Source of the DNA: the human T2T-CHM13v2.0 reference genome, Homo sapiens
Assembly: GCF_009914755.1 (NCBI RefSeq)
Contig: NC_060925.1
Direction: 5' to 3' (one strand)
DNA length: 64,000 nt
This document shows, in pieces, positions 1 through 17,687 of the stretch. The notes under the pieces were generated by a model, which saw nothing but the letters and a program-made list of their open reading frames with translations, did no database searches and was not told the DNA's origin. Both the position numbers and the translations under genes were made by a program. Every line of letters begins with the position of its first letter. Positions within the stretch are counted from its first letter, which is position 1.

Positions 1-117
1 AGAGCTACTTCAGTAGGATGATAGATATGAAAGATGGCTGGGAATGAAAAAAATACAGGTGGCTAGGAAATGAGCAGTAGATATAAACTCCTTTCAAGAC
101 AAGAGAAGGAGTCTTGT

Positions 118-730
118 TAAACAGCTATTTGCTGAACATCTACTATGTGTCAGGCATTGCATTAAACAAAGACAATACATGGGCCCATCCTCATCTTGCT
201 CCTGGACTCACAGGGCAGACAAACACAAGAACACAATGATAAGTGCTCTGAAGGCATGATCTGGGGGCTGTTGGAGCACGTTAAAATGAGCCTGGGGATC
301 CCAGGAAGTTTGCATACAGAAGCCAACTCTGAGCTTAACTCTGGAGAAAAACAAATTTTCCAGATATTTAAGTGAAGAATTATCCTAGCAAAGGAAATCG
401 CACAATAGCATGAACAGAGGTTTGAGGACATGAGAAAGAATGTCCTGTCTGGGGAACTCTAAGTTATTCCAGTTTCCCTGGTGGCTGCAGCAGAGAGAAC
501 ATGTAAAGAACAGCAGGAGATGAGACTGTGGAGGCAAGCAGGGGTAGGGCACAAAGGCCTGGCATTGCCACCATACTGAGTTTGGGCTTTATCTTGAGGC
601 ACTAGACAACTACTGAATGACCAAGCAGGGGACAAGCACAATCAGATTTTTATTTTAGAAAAGTGGTTCTGTAGTAATGTAAAGGGTAGATTGCAAAGGA
701 ACCAGACATTAGGCAGGCAACCCAGTTAGG
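118..730 (-). mobile_element. L2 LINE 3' fragment (continues ~1100-1510 after THE1)
   Basis: tatttgctgaacatctactatgtgtcaggcattg resembles the reverse complement of the L2 3' end; purine-rich decayed body follows. Confidence 0.6.
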
Positions 731-733
731 AGA

Positions 734-1097
734 TGTATTAGTCTGTTCTCACACTGCTAATAAAGACATACCCGAGACTGGGTAATTTATAAAGGAAAGA
801 GGTTCAATTGACTCACGGTTCCACATGACTGAGGAGGCCTCACAATCATGGCAGAAGGCAAATGAGGAGCAAGGTCACGCCTTACATGGCGGCAGGCAAG
901 ACAGCATATGCAAGGGAACTCCCCTTTATAAAACCATCAGATCTCGTGAGACTTATTAATTATCACGAGAACAGCACAGGAAAGACCCACCCCCATGATT
1001 CATTTACCTCCCACTGGGTCTCTCCCACGTCATGTGGGAATTATGGGAGCTACAATTCAAGATGAGATTTGCGTGGGGTCACAGCCAAACCATATCA
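734..1097 (-). mobile_element. THE1 (B/C-like) solo LTR, ERVL-MaLR
   Basis: Starts TGTATTAGTCTGTTCTC, ends CAGCCAAACCATATCA (reverse complement of THE1 termini); near-perfect 5-bp TSD ggaga/ggagg. Confidence 0.92.
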
Positions 1098-1520
1098 GGA
1101 GGTGATTGTAGTGATCCATGCAGTAAGGAAGGTGGGCCTGAAACAGAATAATGGTGCACATGAGAGGATGTTACTGATTTGAGAGATGCTCCTGAAATGG
1201 CAAACTAAAGTCTTCTTAGGTGGTTATATCAGAGAGGAACCTGAAATGAGTCCCAGGATCCTGGCACCAGTTAGTGGGTAGATGGTGTCCTTTGGAGGAA
1301 TGGGATATATTAATAGTAGAAATGACCAGATTATGGGAGGAAATTATTTCCCTTGTAGACACCTGTGGGACAGCCAGTGGAGATGCCCTTTAGGTAGTTG
1401 TATGTACAGGACTAGAACTCAGGAGAGGGGTCTGGGGTGGGAAGAATTTAGGAGTATTAGGTGTGAAAAGAATAGTTAAAGTGGAGTTTATAGAGAAGAT
1501 TGTCCAGGGAGATTGTAGCA

Positions 1521-1675
1521 CAGCAGTTCTCAAACTTGAGCAAACACCCCACCAGTTTTTTGTTTTTTGTTTTTATCTGGAGGTCTGTGCTGGGGCCTGA
1601 AAATGTGCATTTCTAACAAGTTCCCAAGCGGTGCTGATGCTGCTGGTCTAGGGACCACACTTCGGAACCATTAGT
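1521..1675. mobile_element. MER5A-like hAT-Charlie DNA transposon
   Basis: cagcagttctcaaactt ... tgcatttctaacaagttcccaagcggtgctgatgctgctggtc ... gaccacactt. Confidence 0.8.
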
Positions 1676-2599
1676 GTGGAGAAAGGCCAGCATTTAAGGG
1701 TGATTAGAGAAAGAGCTGACAGGTGACTGAGAAGCTATTTTAGGGGGAGAGAGTCCAGGACAGAGTTTCAAGGAGTAAAACAGTAAAGTCAAGCAGGATG
1801 AAGCACAAATAATGTCAGTTGCTTTTGATGATCTGGAAGGTAAGACTGGAGCCAAGTGGCAGTGTCAGGGAATGGGAGAGAGCAAGTGCAGTTTACATTT
1901 CCAGAGAGTTTGGCTGAGAAGTGAGAAGAACAGACACTGAGAGGGTATGGAGGGGTTCATGGTCAAGAAAGGACTTGGGTATGGGAAACATTAGATCAGT
2001 TCATGGGCTAGGAGAAAGCAGGCGAGAAAGGAAGGTTTTAAAGACCCAGATAACAATGAGGGGTTAACAAGGGAAGCAGGAAGGAAAGGGACTTTGCCTT
2101 AAGCAGGAGGAGGAGCCCCACCTGTGAGGCCAGAGGGGCCGCTGAGGATGCCAGGAAAGGCCAGAAGAATCTAGGAGGGTTTGGAAGAATAGGTACCCTG
2201 CACCAAGTTTATAATGTTTGTAGGCAGAAGGGAAGGAGCCAGCCAGAGGCAGGGCCCATGCTATGGGAGAGGTGAAGCAGTAGTTCAGGGTCCCAGAAAT
2301 GGAGGCTTGGGAGGGATGGCATCAGGAACAGAGATTGGCAAAGAGATAATTTAGAAAGTGCCCAAAAATGCAGTTGAAGTTATCACAGTGTTATGTATAA
2401 TCTTGGAAAAATAGAAACAGCTTAAATGTTTCTGTTACCAACAAAGCCAGTGCCCCAAAAATGGGATCTTTCCCTGTTTGATGCTACAAAGCCAATACAC
2501 AAAACCAAAAGTGAACATCTAGCAGTGCAGGCTTTATTCAATGGCCATGGAATTTAAGAAGTGGGAGTTTGACTCATAAAACAATTTATCAGCTTGTGA

Positions 2600-2955
<356 letters not shown>

Positions 2956-3097
2956 GATACAGGGTATATTTAATGAAAGTTTTGGGCATTAGAAGCCAGG
3001 GGAGGAATATTCATGTCTTTTCTGGGAACAGGCGGAAAACTCCTCAAAAAAGGAGTACTGCCTTCCTTTATGTCCTTTTATGGTTTCTTCTGGTCAT

Positions 3098-3145
3098 TGT
3101 CATGGTGATTGTCAACTGTCATGGTGATTGTCAACTGTCATGGTG
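3098..3145. repeat. 19-bp tandem duplication (tgtcatggtgattgtcaac x2.5)
   Basis: Directly visible. Confidence 0.9.
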
Positions 3146-3427
3146 CTGTGGGAGTGTCATTTAGTATGGGAATTAGATTATAATGAAGTTAGAGGTACTT
3201 CAGAGGTCAAGTGAGTACCATCTTGGATCCCATCAGTCTTAGCCAATTTGGTCATGTGGAAGAATTTTGATCTTAGGCATCAGAGTTAAGATGGGGTAGA
3301 AAATCCCCTATTTCATGTAGGTATTACATTGGGTATTGCACTGGATAACACAGTTCCAGCATTCTTAGGGAATGTTTAAATAAATTAAAATATGGCTATT
3401 GGAAATTATATTACTGTAATGACTTTA

Positions 3428-3790
<363 letters not shown>

Positions 3791-3802
3791 AATGGTATAA
3801 AT

Positions 3803-4014
3803 CAGGGGTGTCCAATCTTTTGGCTTCCCTGGGCCACATTGGAAGAAGGATTGTCTTGGGCCACACATAAAATACATTAACACTAACAATAACTGATGAG
3901 CTTAAAAAAATAATAATAATAACGTTTTAAGAAAGTTTACAAATTTGTGTTGGTCTACATTCAAAGCCATCCTGGGCCGCATGTGGCCCACGGGTCATGG
4001 GTTGGACAAGCTTG
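3803..4014. mobile_element. MER30 hAT-Charlie DNA transposon
   Basis: caggggtgtccaatc...gttggacaagcttg termini; 8-bp TSD gtataaat at 3795-3802 and 4015-4022. Confidence 0.9.
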
Positions 4015-4159
4015 GTATAAATTATGTATAGACACATACACTGAAATGTACTGTAATCATAGTAGAAACCACAAGTGATTTTTTTCTTTTGCTTGTCTGT
4101 ATTTTCCAAATTTTCCACAAGAAGCATATGTTAATACTGTAATTTTAAAAAGTTATTTT

Positions 4160-4463
4160 GGCTGGGCGCAGTGGCTCACACCTGTAATCCCAGCACTTTG
4201 GGAGGCTGAGGTGGGCAAATCACAAGGTCAGGAGTTTGAGACCAGCCTGACCAACATGGTAAAACCCCATCCCTACTAAAAATACAAAAGTTAGCCGGGC
4301 ATGGTGGCATGCGCCTGTAATCCCAGCTACTCGGGAGGCTGAGGCAGAGAATTGCTTAAATCTGGGAGGCGGAGGTTGCAGTGAGCTGAGATCGTGCCAC
4401 TGCACTCCAGCCTGGGCGACACAGCGAGACTCCACCTCAAAAAAAAAAAAAACAAAAAAAAAA
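4160..4463 (+). mobile_element. AluS (Sg-like)
   Basis: Full dimer with A tail. Confidence 0.95.
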
Positions 4464-4474
4464 CACAGAATATA

Positions 4475-4589
4475 GGCCAGGCATGGTGGCCCAAGCCTGT
4501 AATCCCAGCACTTTGGGAGGCCAAGGTGGGCAGATCACTTAAGGCCAGGAGTTCGAGACCAGCCTGGCCAACATGACAAAACCCGTATC

Positions 4590-4655
<66 letters not shown>

Positions 4656-4827
4656 AAAATAAGCCAGGCATGGTGGCACATGCCTGTAATCCCAGCTCCT
4701 CAGGAGGCTGAGCCACAAGAATTGCTTGAACCTGGGAGGTGGAGGATGCAGTGAGCCAAGATCACACCACTGCACTCCAACCTAGGCAACAGAGGGAGAG
4801 TCTATCTCAAAAGAATAAAAAACAAAC
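4475..4827 (+). mobile_element. AluS with expanded A/(TA)n/(CA)n middle linker
   Basis: Full dimer; TSD cacagaatatag. Confidence 0.95.
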
Positions 4828-5154
4828 CACAGAATATAGAGTCTTATAATGGAAAATATTTAAATATAACAGATTATATAAGGTGATATAACTATGTTAT
4901 AGAATATTATACATAGAATACACACATTTCCAACTACTTCTTCATAATAGATTCCTAGAAGTGGAATTACTGTGACAAAGGGTCTGATAAAGGCAATTGC
5001 CTTAAAAGTGCCAACTCATTTTTAAGAAACTTGTACTATAAATGAGAAATTTTTGATAGAAATACAAGGGAATTGAGAGAATTCACCCTAAAAGGTCATC
5101 TGCAGAGAATGAATTGACAGGAGAGGGGTGTGGGGGTAAGAGAAGGAAAAAGAA

Positions 5155-5685
<531 letters not shown>

Positions 5686-5973
5686 TGGAAATGACTTTAA
5701 ATAACCATCATGACAATTGTAATGTCTTCTCTCTTCCCTAGAGAATGGGAACTGGGACAGCACAGCCCCGCTGAACAGTGGAGGTATCTGGGGTTGTGGC
5801 ACATGGGGCCCTGAGGGAAGCTCATCTGGGAGCTAGTTCAGTCAAACACAAGGAAGAAGAGCATGGAAGGTTGCCCTGAGAGTCTAGATGCCCACTGGGA
5901 CCAGAGAGCAATGATCTCTGGTCTAAATTTACCAGAAGTATTAAAGAGTCAGAAATGAAATATACATACATCC

Positions 5974-6288
<315 letters not shown>

Positions 6289-6409
6289 TTAAGAGTGAAC
6301 TGGGGATGATTTAAAAGATTGCTAGCTGCAGCAGAAGCTCTGATGAAAGTCAGCAAACTTTCCACAGAGCTCTTAAGAAGAGAACAGTATAAATGTGTCA
6401 CCCAGATAC

Positions 6410-6600
6410 CATAATCTTGACTCTGCTATCTACTGATCCTGTGACCTTATGCAAGTTACTTCATTTCTCTGAGCCCCAGTGTCCTCACTGAAAAACAGGA
6501 AAGGTGATAACAGTGCTTTCTCTGTTGTCATCGGAGGATTAAATAAATTACTATATATGTAAGGTGCCTAGGCAAGTGTCAGTCGTGTACTACATTTTAA
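6410..6600 (+). mobile_element. MIR
   Basis: tgtgaccttatgcaagttacttcatttctctgagccccagtgtcctcac core. Confidence 0.75.
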
Positions 6601-8664
6601 CTTTTTATGATTATCCTGGGGGTGCTAAAGTCCCTACCTTGAAGTGCAAATGGTGGGGAAGACAGTCAGACACACATGGTCTTAATGGAATGGGTTGTTG
6701 AAGGCTCCAACACCACAGAGAGCTTGTACGTTTTCAGCTGCACTCAGCAATCTGGGAGCAGAGCCAAAGAAAACTGAGGTAGGGATTACCCAAGGTGGGA
6801 AGTCAGCACAGGCGACCCAGGGAAGAGTGAAAGTATGCGGGACCCATGGGCACCCTGGAAACGGCAGGCCAAGGGATCCAGGCTGGATGTGGAGGGTGCA
6901 AGAGATTCTGGGAAGGGTGAGCAGGTGAGGAAGAATTACCTGAAGCAGACAGGTAGAAAGAAGCTAAGATGTTTGTGGTCAGAGTAGGGTTGTAAGAATT
7001 TGGTATGATATGGGCCATTCTGATGCCCATGTCCAAAGTATATTTGTTACAGTGAATGACAGGTTGGGCAGATGTTATTTGTAGGTTTTAGAAAACAATA
7101 GTGAAGCTAAGATACCAGAAAAGTAAAAAAACAGGTGACAGAAGAGGAAGTTGTCATGAAAGCTACAAGGCAGGTGTTAAGCCACTGAGGAGGGCAAGAG
7201 AATGTGCTGGACACCAGCGAACAGTTGAGTGGACTGAGCCAGCAGTAAAACAGGATGATGTGCCCAAGAAGGGTGGGGAAGCCGGGGTCTGGAGAAGCTG
7301 GGGTCAGGAGGTTGGAGAATGTCAGCCTGTTCTGACCCTGAGGAAGAGAGATGGGGCCTGGTGGCAGGCCAGGTTTTCATTTAGGATGAGAAGGGGGAAG
7401 GAGTGTGTGTGAAAAGAATGGAGGAGGTAAGGAAAGGGTGTTCACCAGATAGCTGGTGCTGTACAGCCCAGGGGCACAGAGACACCTGCAAAAGCCCAGG
7501 GATAGTTAGCAGCAAAACGCTGTCCTGGATTACTGCCCTGCCAGGAAGTGAGAGTGAGAGGCCAGGTTATGTCCCCACATAGCCCTGCCAGGGCCCTCCA
7601 CTGCAGTGCAAGAGACAGGCTTGCAGGACTCAGCCCGAGAAAGAATCTGGGCTCCTGAGTCAAAGCAGCATCCTATTTCTGCTACATTCAGCCTGCTGAG
7701 TAATGGCTCCAAAGGCAATGCCAGCAGCTCACAGGGCACAAGGGGAAAGTGAGAAGCAGGGCCTGGCACCTTATTTTGGGAGCTGCTGTCAAAGGCCCAG
7801 CCCTCTGGTTCTGTGTGCCTGACACTCAGCGACAGCTCTCAGTGTGAGCTTGGATAACCAGCCCTGCAGGCACTGGCTGAGGTGCCCAGAGAGGCAGGCC
7901 CTGTGAGAAAGACGAGTTATGTGACTTCACCGAAGACAGGGAGAATGGAGTCTTTACTTCTTAAAGGAGTTCTTACTTCTTGAAGGAGTCAATCTCATTG
8001 GTCATCCCAGCTGGGCTAGTGCCTCAGCCTGAAGTCCCTTAGGAGTGAGCCTTGTATTCTTTCACTGCTCACTTGTTCTTTGAAAATTACCTAAAATGAT
8101 GGTGACATGCGGAACACACACAAACTTGAGGTGTTTGTTAAAGTGAGCAGTTTGAGCTAGAGTGGACTTTGAGCTGGTTTCCAAAGGCAGGGATGCCACT
8201 CACACTCTCCCAGCCAGTCCTCCATGTGTCCCCAGTGATGCTCCTGGCTACAGCTAGGGCTCAGTCTAATGTGAAAACAGAGTGACATTAGTTGTCGCAT
8301 AATCACAAAGGTCAAACTTGTGATCCTTTGAGCACAGTGCTCTGGAAACTTGAGCTAACTGGCCCTGAGAACCTTTGAGACCAGCCTTTGGGTTAATTTC
8401 TGCTAAACAGATAGAACCAGACTCAGCCCTGGGGATACTCATGGCTCTTGGATAGTAGATCTGGTTCCCTTAAATCTCCAGTCTTCCTTAGACCCATCCA
8501 GATCCCCCAAGTCTGGGCTCTAGGTGAGTAGCCATTAATATCTTAATTTCCTATATGCTGACCCACCTTTTTCTTTAAAAGTATATCCTATTGATTCCTT
8601 GGGATTTTTTCTTAGGAATTCAATTTCTCTCATATTAAATATGCTTATGAAATAAAGGAATTGG

Positions 8665-8955
<291 letters not shown>

Positions 8956-9457
8956 AGTAAAGGAATTGGAATCCAATGAGATTGAGTGGTTTGCACTGAA
9001 TGGTCATAAGAACTTTATAGCACAGCAGTGATTAGAGCCCCACAGTCTCTGCCTCTGTCAGTTGGCCCATCCTCCACCTGCTGACCTCTGGTTTGTGCCA
9101 GTCTAAGACCCAAACCACTTATGACCACAGGTGTGGACCTCTTCTATGTGATAGTCTGGACATCACTGTGTTGGGTAATGGTCATCACTACACTGGGGGA
9201 ACTTTCTGACAGATTCCTTTCTGTGATAAGCCCAACCGGGTGGAATTCTATTGTGCCCAGAGATAATTGTCCTGCAGTCAGAGCATTCTATGTTTTTCTC
9301 TGTCGTTGATTAATCAAGAGGGTTTCAGGCTTCCCTGTAGGCAAAATGTCTAAAGCATAAAAATGGTGAGATCTGTGTTCTGAATTCCATTAGTTTTTCT
9401 GTGGCTACAACTGGGTCTTACTCATTTATCAGATTAAATGCAATAGTGTTAGAAACA

Positions 9458-9740
<283 letters not shown>

Positions 9741-9944
9741 TTAGAGGTTATCCACATTTTTGAGACTCTTTGAAATCTAAGGACACATATCCCAGAAAAA
9801 TTCACAAGATGCTTATATACAAAATGTTGCTTATAAGAGTGTGAGGAGGGGCTGCAAGTTTGTAAACCCTATAAAGCCCATTGATGGAGTCTGGGGGATT
9901 TGTAGATCTCTGTTTAAAGATGCCTTAAACTACTCTAAGCCAAT

Positions 9945-10045
9945 TCAAGCTCGAGCACAGTGCTGATGGAACAAGGTTGGTAGGTTTGGTCCCTATGTGG
10001 TCGAGCTAACTTTGTACACAGGAGCTCTTATCTTAGAACCACAGA
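9945..10045 (+). mobile_element. MamSINE1-like tRNA-derived ancient SINE fragment
   Basis: gagcacagtgctgatggaacaaggttggtaggtttggtccctatgtgg...gctaactttgtacacag resembles the recalled MamSINE1 head. Confidence 0.45.
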
Positions 10046-10472
10046 GTAATCTCAAAAGTTCAAATCTAGATGGAGGTTTAGCATGTGCTGAGTTCAACCA
10101 CCTCCTTTTACAGAATAAACAGGAAAAAAAAAGAAGCAAGAGAATATTAGTCATTTACTTGAGGTCACATGGATAATTACTGGCAGGGTCAGGACTAGAG
10201 CCTATGTCACACCACATATGCAAAGTAAATGTTCTTTTAATGGTGAATCAGGAATATCAACTTTATATATGGAAGAAAGCACATGATTATAATATCTCCA
10301 TTTTTAAAGATATGAACAAGATAGGCAGCCAGTATTTACTGTCTATCATACACTTGTTCATTTATTCATTTATCAAAAAAACAAATTTAACGTCCACTAT
10401 GCAGCAAGCACTATGCTAGGTACTATTTACCATAAGGCTCAAATCTTCCTTAAGAAATTACTAACAAAAGCT

Positions 10473-10830
<358 letters not shown>

Positions 10831-11377
10831 CTATGGCAATATATTTATCTCATTCTGCATGGATATAGATTCAGATGCTGTCTACACTCAGGGATCCCAT
10901 TGGCCACAGCATCAAGATCTCTTCATGTCGTAAATCAAGTTGGAGGGAGACAATTTTAAGGTCCTCTACCATCTATGGCCACTTCAATTTCGGATTCATC
11001 TTTGATGGGCATGTGACTCTGGAATAGGGCAACTCTAAAAGTTTGAGTAAATACTAGAACTAAACAACTAAACAAGGGAGCCAGGATTCCACACTAAATC
11101 CAGACAAAACTATTTTAGGCACCCACACAAGCTCCCAGCCCTGTTCTGACTCTACCCTGTGTACCCCATCGTCTTGCTGCTTCTTTTCCTCAATCCCTGA
11201 CATTCTTTGCTTTTGTTTGTTTGTTTGTTTGTTTGTTTTTGAGACAGGGTCTCACTCTGTCATCCGGGCTGTAGTACGGTGGTGTGGTGGTGCAATCATA
11301 GCTCACTGCAGCCTCAAACTCCTGGGCTCAAGCGACTCCCTAATAATTGAGCTAACTTTGCACACAGGAGTTCTACA

Positions 11378-11980
<603 letters not shown>

Positions 11981-12171
11981 GAGAGAGAAGAGAATAGAAC
12001 TATAGACACATGCCAATGCACCCAGCTATTTTTTTTTTTTTTTTTGGTAGACGTGGGGTCTTGCTATGTTCCTCAGGGCACCATGGCCAACTGATTTTTT
12101 TTATTTTTTGCAGAGACAAGGTCTCGGGGGCTCTCTTTGTTGCCCAAGTTAGTCTCAAACTCCTGGCCTCA

Positions 12172-12950
<779 letters not shown>

Positions 12951-13279
12951 TCCACCTCCCAAAATGCTTCAATTACAGGCCTGAGCCACCGCGCCCAGCC
13001 CCTGACACTCCTTGATTTGCATGTAGTCCTCATCCTGCCCTGACTCCATCTGCATCTAGATTTTTCTCCTGGAAAAGCAGGGATTACCTGTAGACCAGGA
13101 CGACAATGGTATGCTCTAGGTAGGATGCCCAGTCCTACCTAGACATGGACTTAGACTTTGAATTGAGTGATCTGGCACTAAGCCAGGGTCATACTGGACT
13201 TGGCCAGCTGTACTGAACCCTCCCTAATCTGGAGTCATTCCCACAGCTGGGCTTCCTGGCGGGTCAGGGTGGGAAGGGA

Positions 13280-13490
13280 TCATTATAGAGCACCACCTAT
13301 GTCTTAGGCACTATGCTAAATACTTTACATGGATAATTTCACTTTATCTTTACAACAAAGATGCAAGGCAATACTTTTATTATCCCCATCCTAAAGATCA
13401 GGAAACTGAGGCTTAGAGAGGTTGAGTAACTTCCCTAAAGCTTGCAAGCGGTGAAGACAGGACTGAACCTAGGCAGTCTGGTTCCACCAC
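13280..13490 (-). mobile_element. MIR
   Basis: tatccccatcctaaagatcaggaaactgaggcttagagaggttgagtaacttcc. Confidence 0.75.
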
Positions 13491-14089
13491 ACCCCTCTGA
13501 GAGCCGAGTAAGCAGGAAGTCATGGGGTGAGCAAGCTCTAGTCACAGCCTCTGCCTGCTTTCCTCCAGCCTGCAATATGCCCAGAGACAGCCATCCTCTG
13601 GTGTCTCTATTATTCGTTTGGATGTGGATTACGCTAGTTTTTCCTATGTATGTGGCTTACTGTTTTTAAAAATATATTGTGAGCTCCTTAAGGACAGGGA
13701 CCGTGTTCCACTATAGTACTGCACACATGCCAAGCAAATAGCTCAGGAAATATGTATTTATTGGGAATCCAAATTGCATGAAGACAGAGATTCAGCATAG
13801 AGAACCACAACTGGATCTCAAAGATCTTCTAGACTTCAGAGTCTCATTTTACAGTTGAGGAAACTGAGGCCTGCAAAATAGAATCAGGGCCTTTCTTCAA
13901 GGCAGAGCCCTCCCAAATCATTCTCTTCCCCATAGCCCTGGGACCATTGCCAGAACTCTGTACTTATCAACCGAATCATGTGAAGACCTTGATATCCAAA
14001 GACTGTAAAATAATTTAAACCCAGTGTCATTTCAGACCAACCAGAGACTAATAGCCAGAAGTAAAGGAGCCTTAGAAATTACCCTGTTC

Positions 14090-14394
14090 GGCCGGTCGCG
14101 GTGGCTCACGCCTGTAATCGCAGCACTTTGGGAGGCCTAGGCGGGCAGATCACGAGGTCAGGAGATCGAGACCATCCTGGCCAACACGGTGAAACCCCGT
14201 CTCTACTGAAAAAAATACAAAAAATCAGCCAGGTGTGGTGGCAGGTGCCTGTAGTCCCAGCTACTCGGGAGGCTGAGGCAGGAGAATGGCATGAACCCCA
14301 GGAGGTGGAGCTTGCAGTGAGCCGAGATCGCGCCACTGCACTCCAGCCTGGGTGACAGAGCGAGACTCCATCTCAAAAAAAAAAAAAAAGAAAG
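14090..14394 (+). mobile_element. AluY/Sc8-like
   Basis: TSD agaaattaccc(tg/ca)ttc. Confidence 0.95.
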
Positions 14395-14733
14395 AAATTA
14401 CCCCATTCAACTTTCAGGTTGTAAATGAGGAACGGGCCCAGAGATGACAAGTCACCTTCCCATCCTTGTCAGTTGGCCAGTGACTTCTTATTAAATGGGG
14501 TTGCCCCTGGCCAGAGGTAACAGAGGCATGCAGGATGCATAGGGCAGCCTTTCCCTGGTTGGGGTGTGTATGTCCAAGTGGGAGTGGGGGTGACTGGCTC
14601 CTTCCCCAAGGCCAGACTGCTTGGAGAACCGTGTCCACCCTCCAGCAGAGCCACCCTCCCATGTTCGCCCTCACTCCTCTGTCTCCCAAGCAGTAGAGGC
14701 ATGGCTGGAACCTGTGGCTGAGCTGGAACCTGA

Positions 14734-15138
<405 letters not shown>

Positions 15139-15775
15139 ACACATTCACAAATTCAAACTTGGCTGCCCTGTGTCTCTTTGGGTAAAAAATACAGAGCTGA
15201 GGAAAATAAGTGTCTCCATTCTATTTTGCTTCCCGCAGAAGCCAAGGGCCATAGGAAAGAGAAGTCCCATTGCTTCTTATGGGCTGTATTGGAGTATCAT
15301 GTGAGCTGGGAGAATTAAAGAAGGCTGTTTTGTCCTCACTAGACATTAATAGTGACCTTCCTCAGGGGGTCACCCCTGGCCCTCCCGTGCATTCCCAAGC
15401 ACAGTATGGATCAAGAAAAAAGACCTTTCTGAAGGCTGAAAAGGATTGTTCCTGACAGGCCTGCAAAAACAGCAAACAGCATATGGGGGTACTGAGCTCT
15501 GCATGGGGAATCTGTCAGGCTTAACAAAGGGCGGGCTCTCCCAGGGACAGGAAGTTAGAAGGTGAACTGCAGGGAACCTCCTTTCATGGGGATGGAGAAC
15601 CGCTCTCTCCCACTTCCCTCTGGCTGTGCTTCCACAGAAGAGCTGAGCGGCTGGCTCTCTCCATCTATCTACCCAGGCCTTGAAGCAGTGCAGGGAAATT
15701 CTCTCTCCTCTCTGGCTAAATCCCACCCCCAGATGAAGGAAACTAATTTCTTCCTTCTTTCCTGCAACCAAATAC

Positions 15776-16445
<670 letters not shown>

Positions 16446-16559
16446 TAAGGCAGATGGGTTTCTCTATAATTCAGAATCTCCAATTCCACATGGGACCAAA
16501 GGATGCTCGAAAATATGACTACTGTGCTCTGAAAATCTAGTACTATAGCTCACTATTCC

Positions 16560-17310
16560 TACTATAATCAACTATTTCAAACCTTCTGCACTCTCCCGAT
16601 ACCTCTGACACTCCCCCACCCCCCACTCTCCACCGATGTCATAATCTTTGAGTTCTTCCTTGTGTTACCAAATGCTTAAACCCACCCACACCTGCACCCC
16701 TCCTTCTTGCCTCCTGTTGCAATTGAAGAGTTTCTCTTCTGACTGTCTAATCAAGAGCAGCTCCACCACTTGTGTTTTACATCCCATTTTCTCCCACCTT
16801 TTCATCAACCTTCTCTCTAAATTACCCAGTTCCTCTCTTGTGCATTTCATCATTCCCTCTCTGTTGGATCCATCTCATGGTTATTTAAAGGAGCTGATAT
16901 CCCTGTAAAAAAAAAAAAAAAATCCTCTGCCTCTACACACTCTAATTCCTCAAAATAGTTCTACACTCTCTAGTTCCATTTCTCACCTCCCGTTCACCCC
17001 TCAACCCGCTCCAATCTGACTTTTGCTCTCATTATTCTACTGGAACAGCTCTTGCAACAGTCATCAGTGACATTCGTGTTGTTTCATACAGTGGTCACCT
17101 TTCAGGCCTCATCTTGGCTCTTCATCATTTGACACTGTTGAATGATTGACCATTTGGTCTTTCTTATTTAAAGAAAAAAAAAAACTTTCCTTGTCTTCTA
17201 TGATGAAACACTCTTCCTGCTTAATTCCTATGTCTTTGCCCACTCTTGCTCAGTCTCATTTGCAGGTTCATTTTCTCTACCTAGTCATTAATTGTTAGAG
17301 TTCAAGTCAT
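16560..17310 (+). mobile_element. L2 internal fragment
   Basis: Pyrimidine-rich decayed L2 (ctcaacccgctccaatctgacttttgc...ctactggaacagctcttgcaac...catttgacactgttga). Confidence 0.65.
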
Positions 17311-17385
17311 GGCATTCTCAAGTCTGTTTATGCTAAAGTGCTCTTGAACACCACACTGTACTGCTCCATTAAAATGTTTAAATCT

Positions 17386-17687
17386 GCCAAGCGTGGTGGC
17401 TCACGCCTGTAATCCCAGCCCCAGCACTTGGGGAGGCTTAGGTGGGAGGATCGCTTGAGGCCGGATGTTTGAGACTAAACTGGGCAATGTAGTGAGACGC
17501 TCCTGTCTCTACAAAAAGAAATATTTTTAATTAGCCAGGCATGGTGGCACACACCTGTAGTCCCAGCTTCTCAGAAGGCTGAGGTGGTAGGATCACTTGA
17601 GCCCCAGTTTGAGGCTGCAGTGAGCTATGATTGTGCCACTGTACTCTAGCCTGGGTGACAGTAAGACCTCATCTCGTTAAAAAAAAA
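17386..17687 (+). mobile_element. AluJ
   Basis: gaggctgcagtgagctatgatt; TSD gtttaaatctgc. Confidence 0.92.

Noticed and set aside
6695-7769. Overlapping ORFs in repeat-poor DNA (also 18072-18534, 47211-47612, 50337-51048)
   Set aside because: No recognisable domains, no convincing exon structure, and mostly non-ATG starts. Short or lncRNA exons cannot be excluded by eye.
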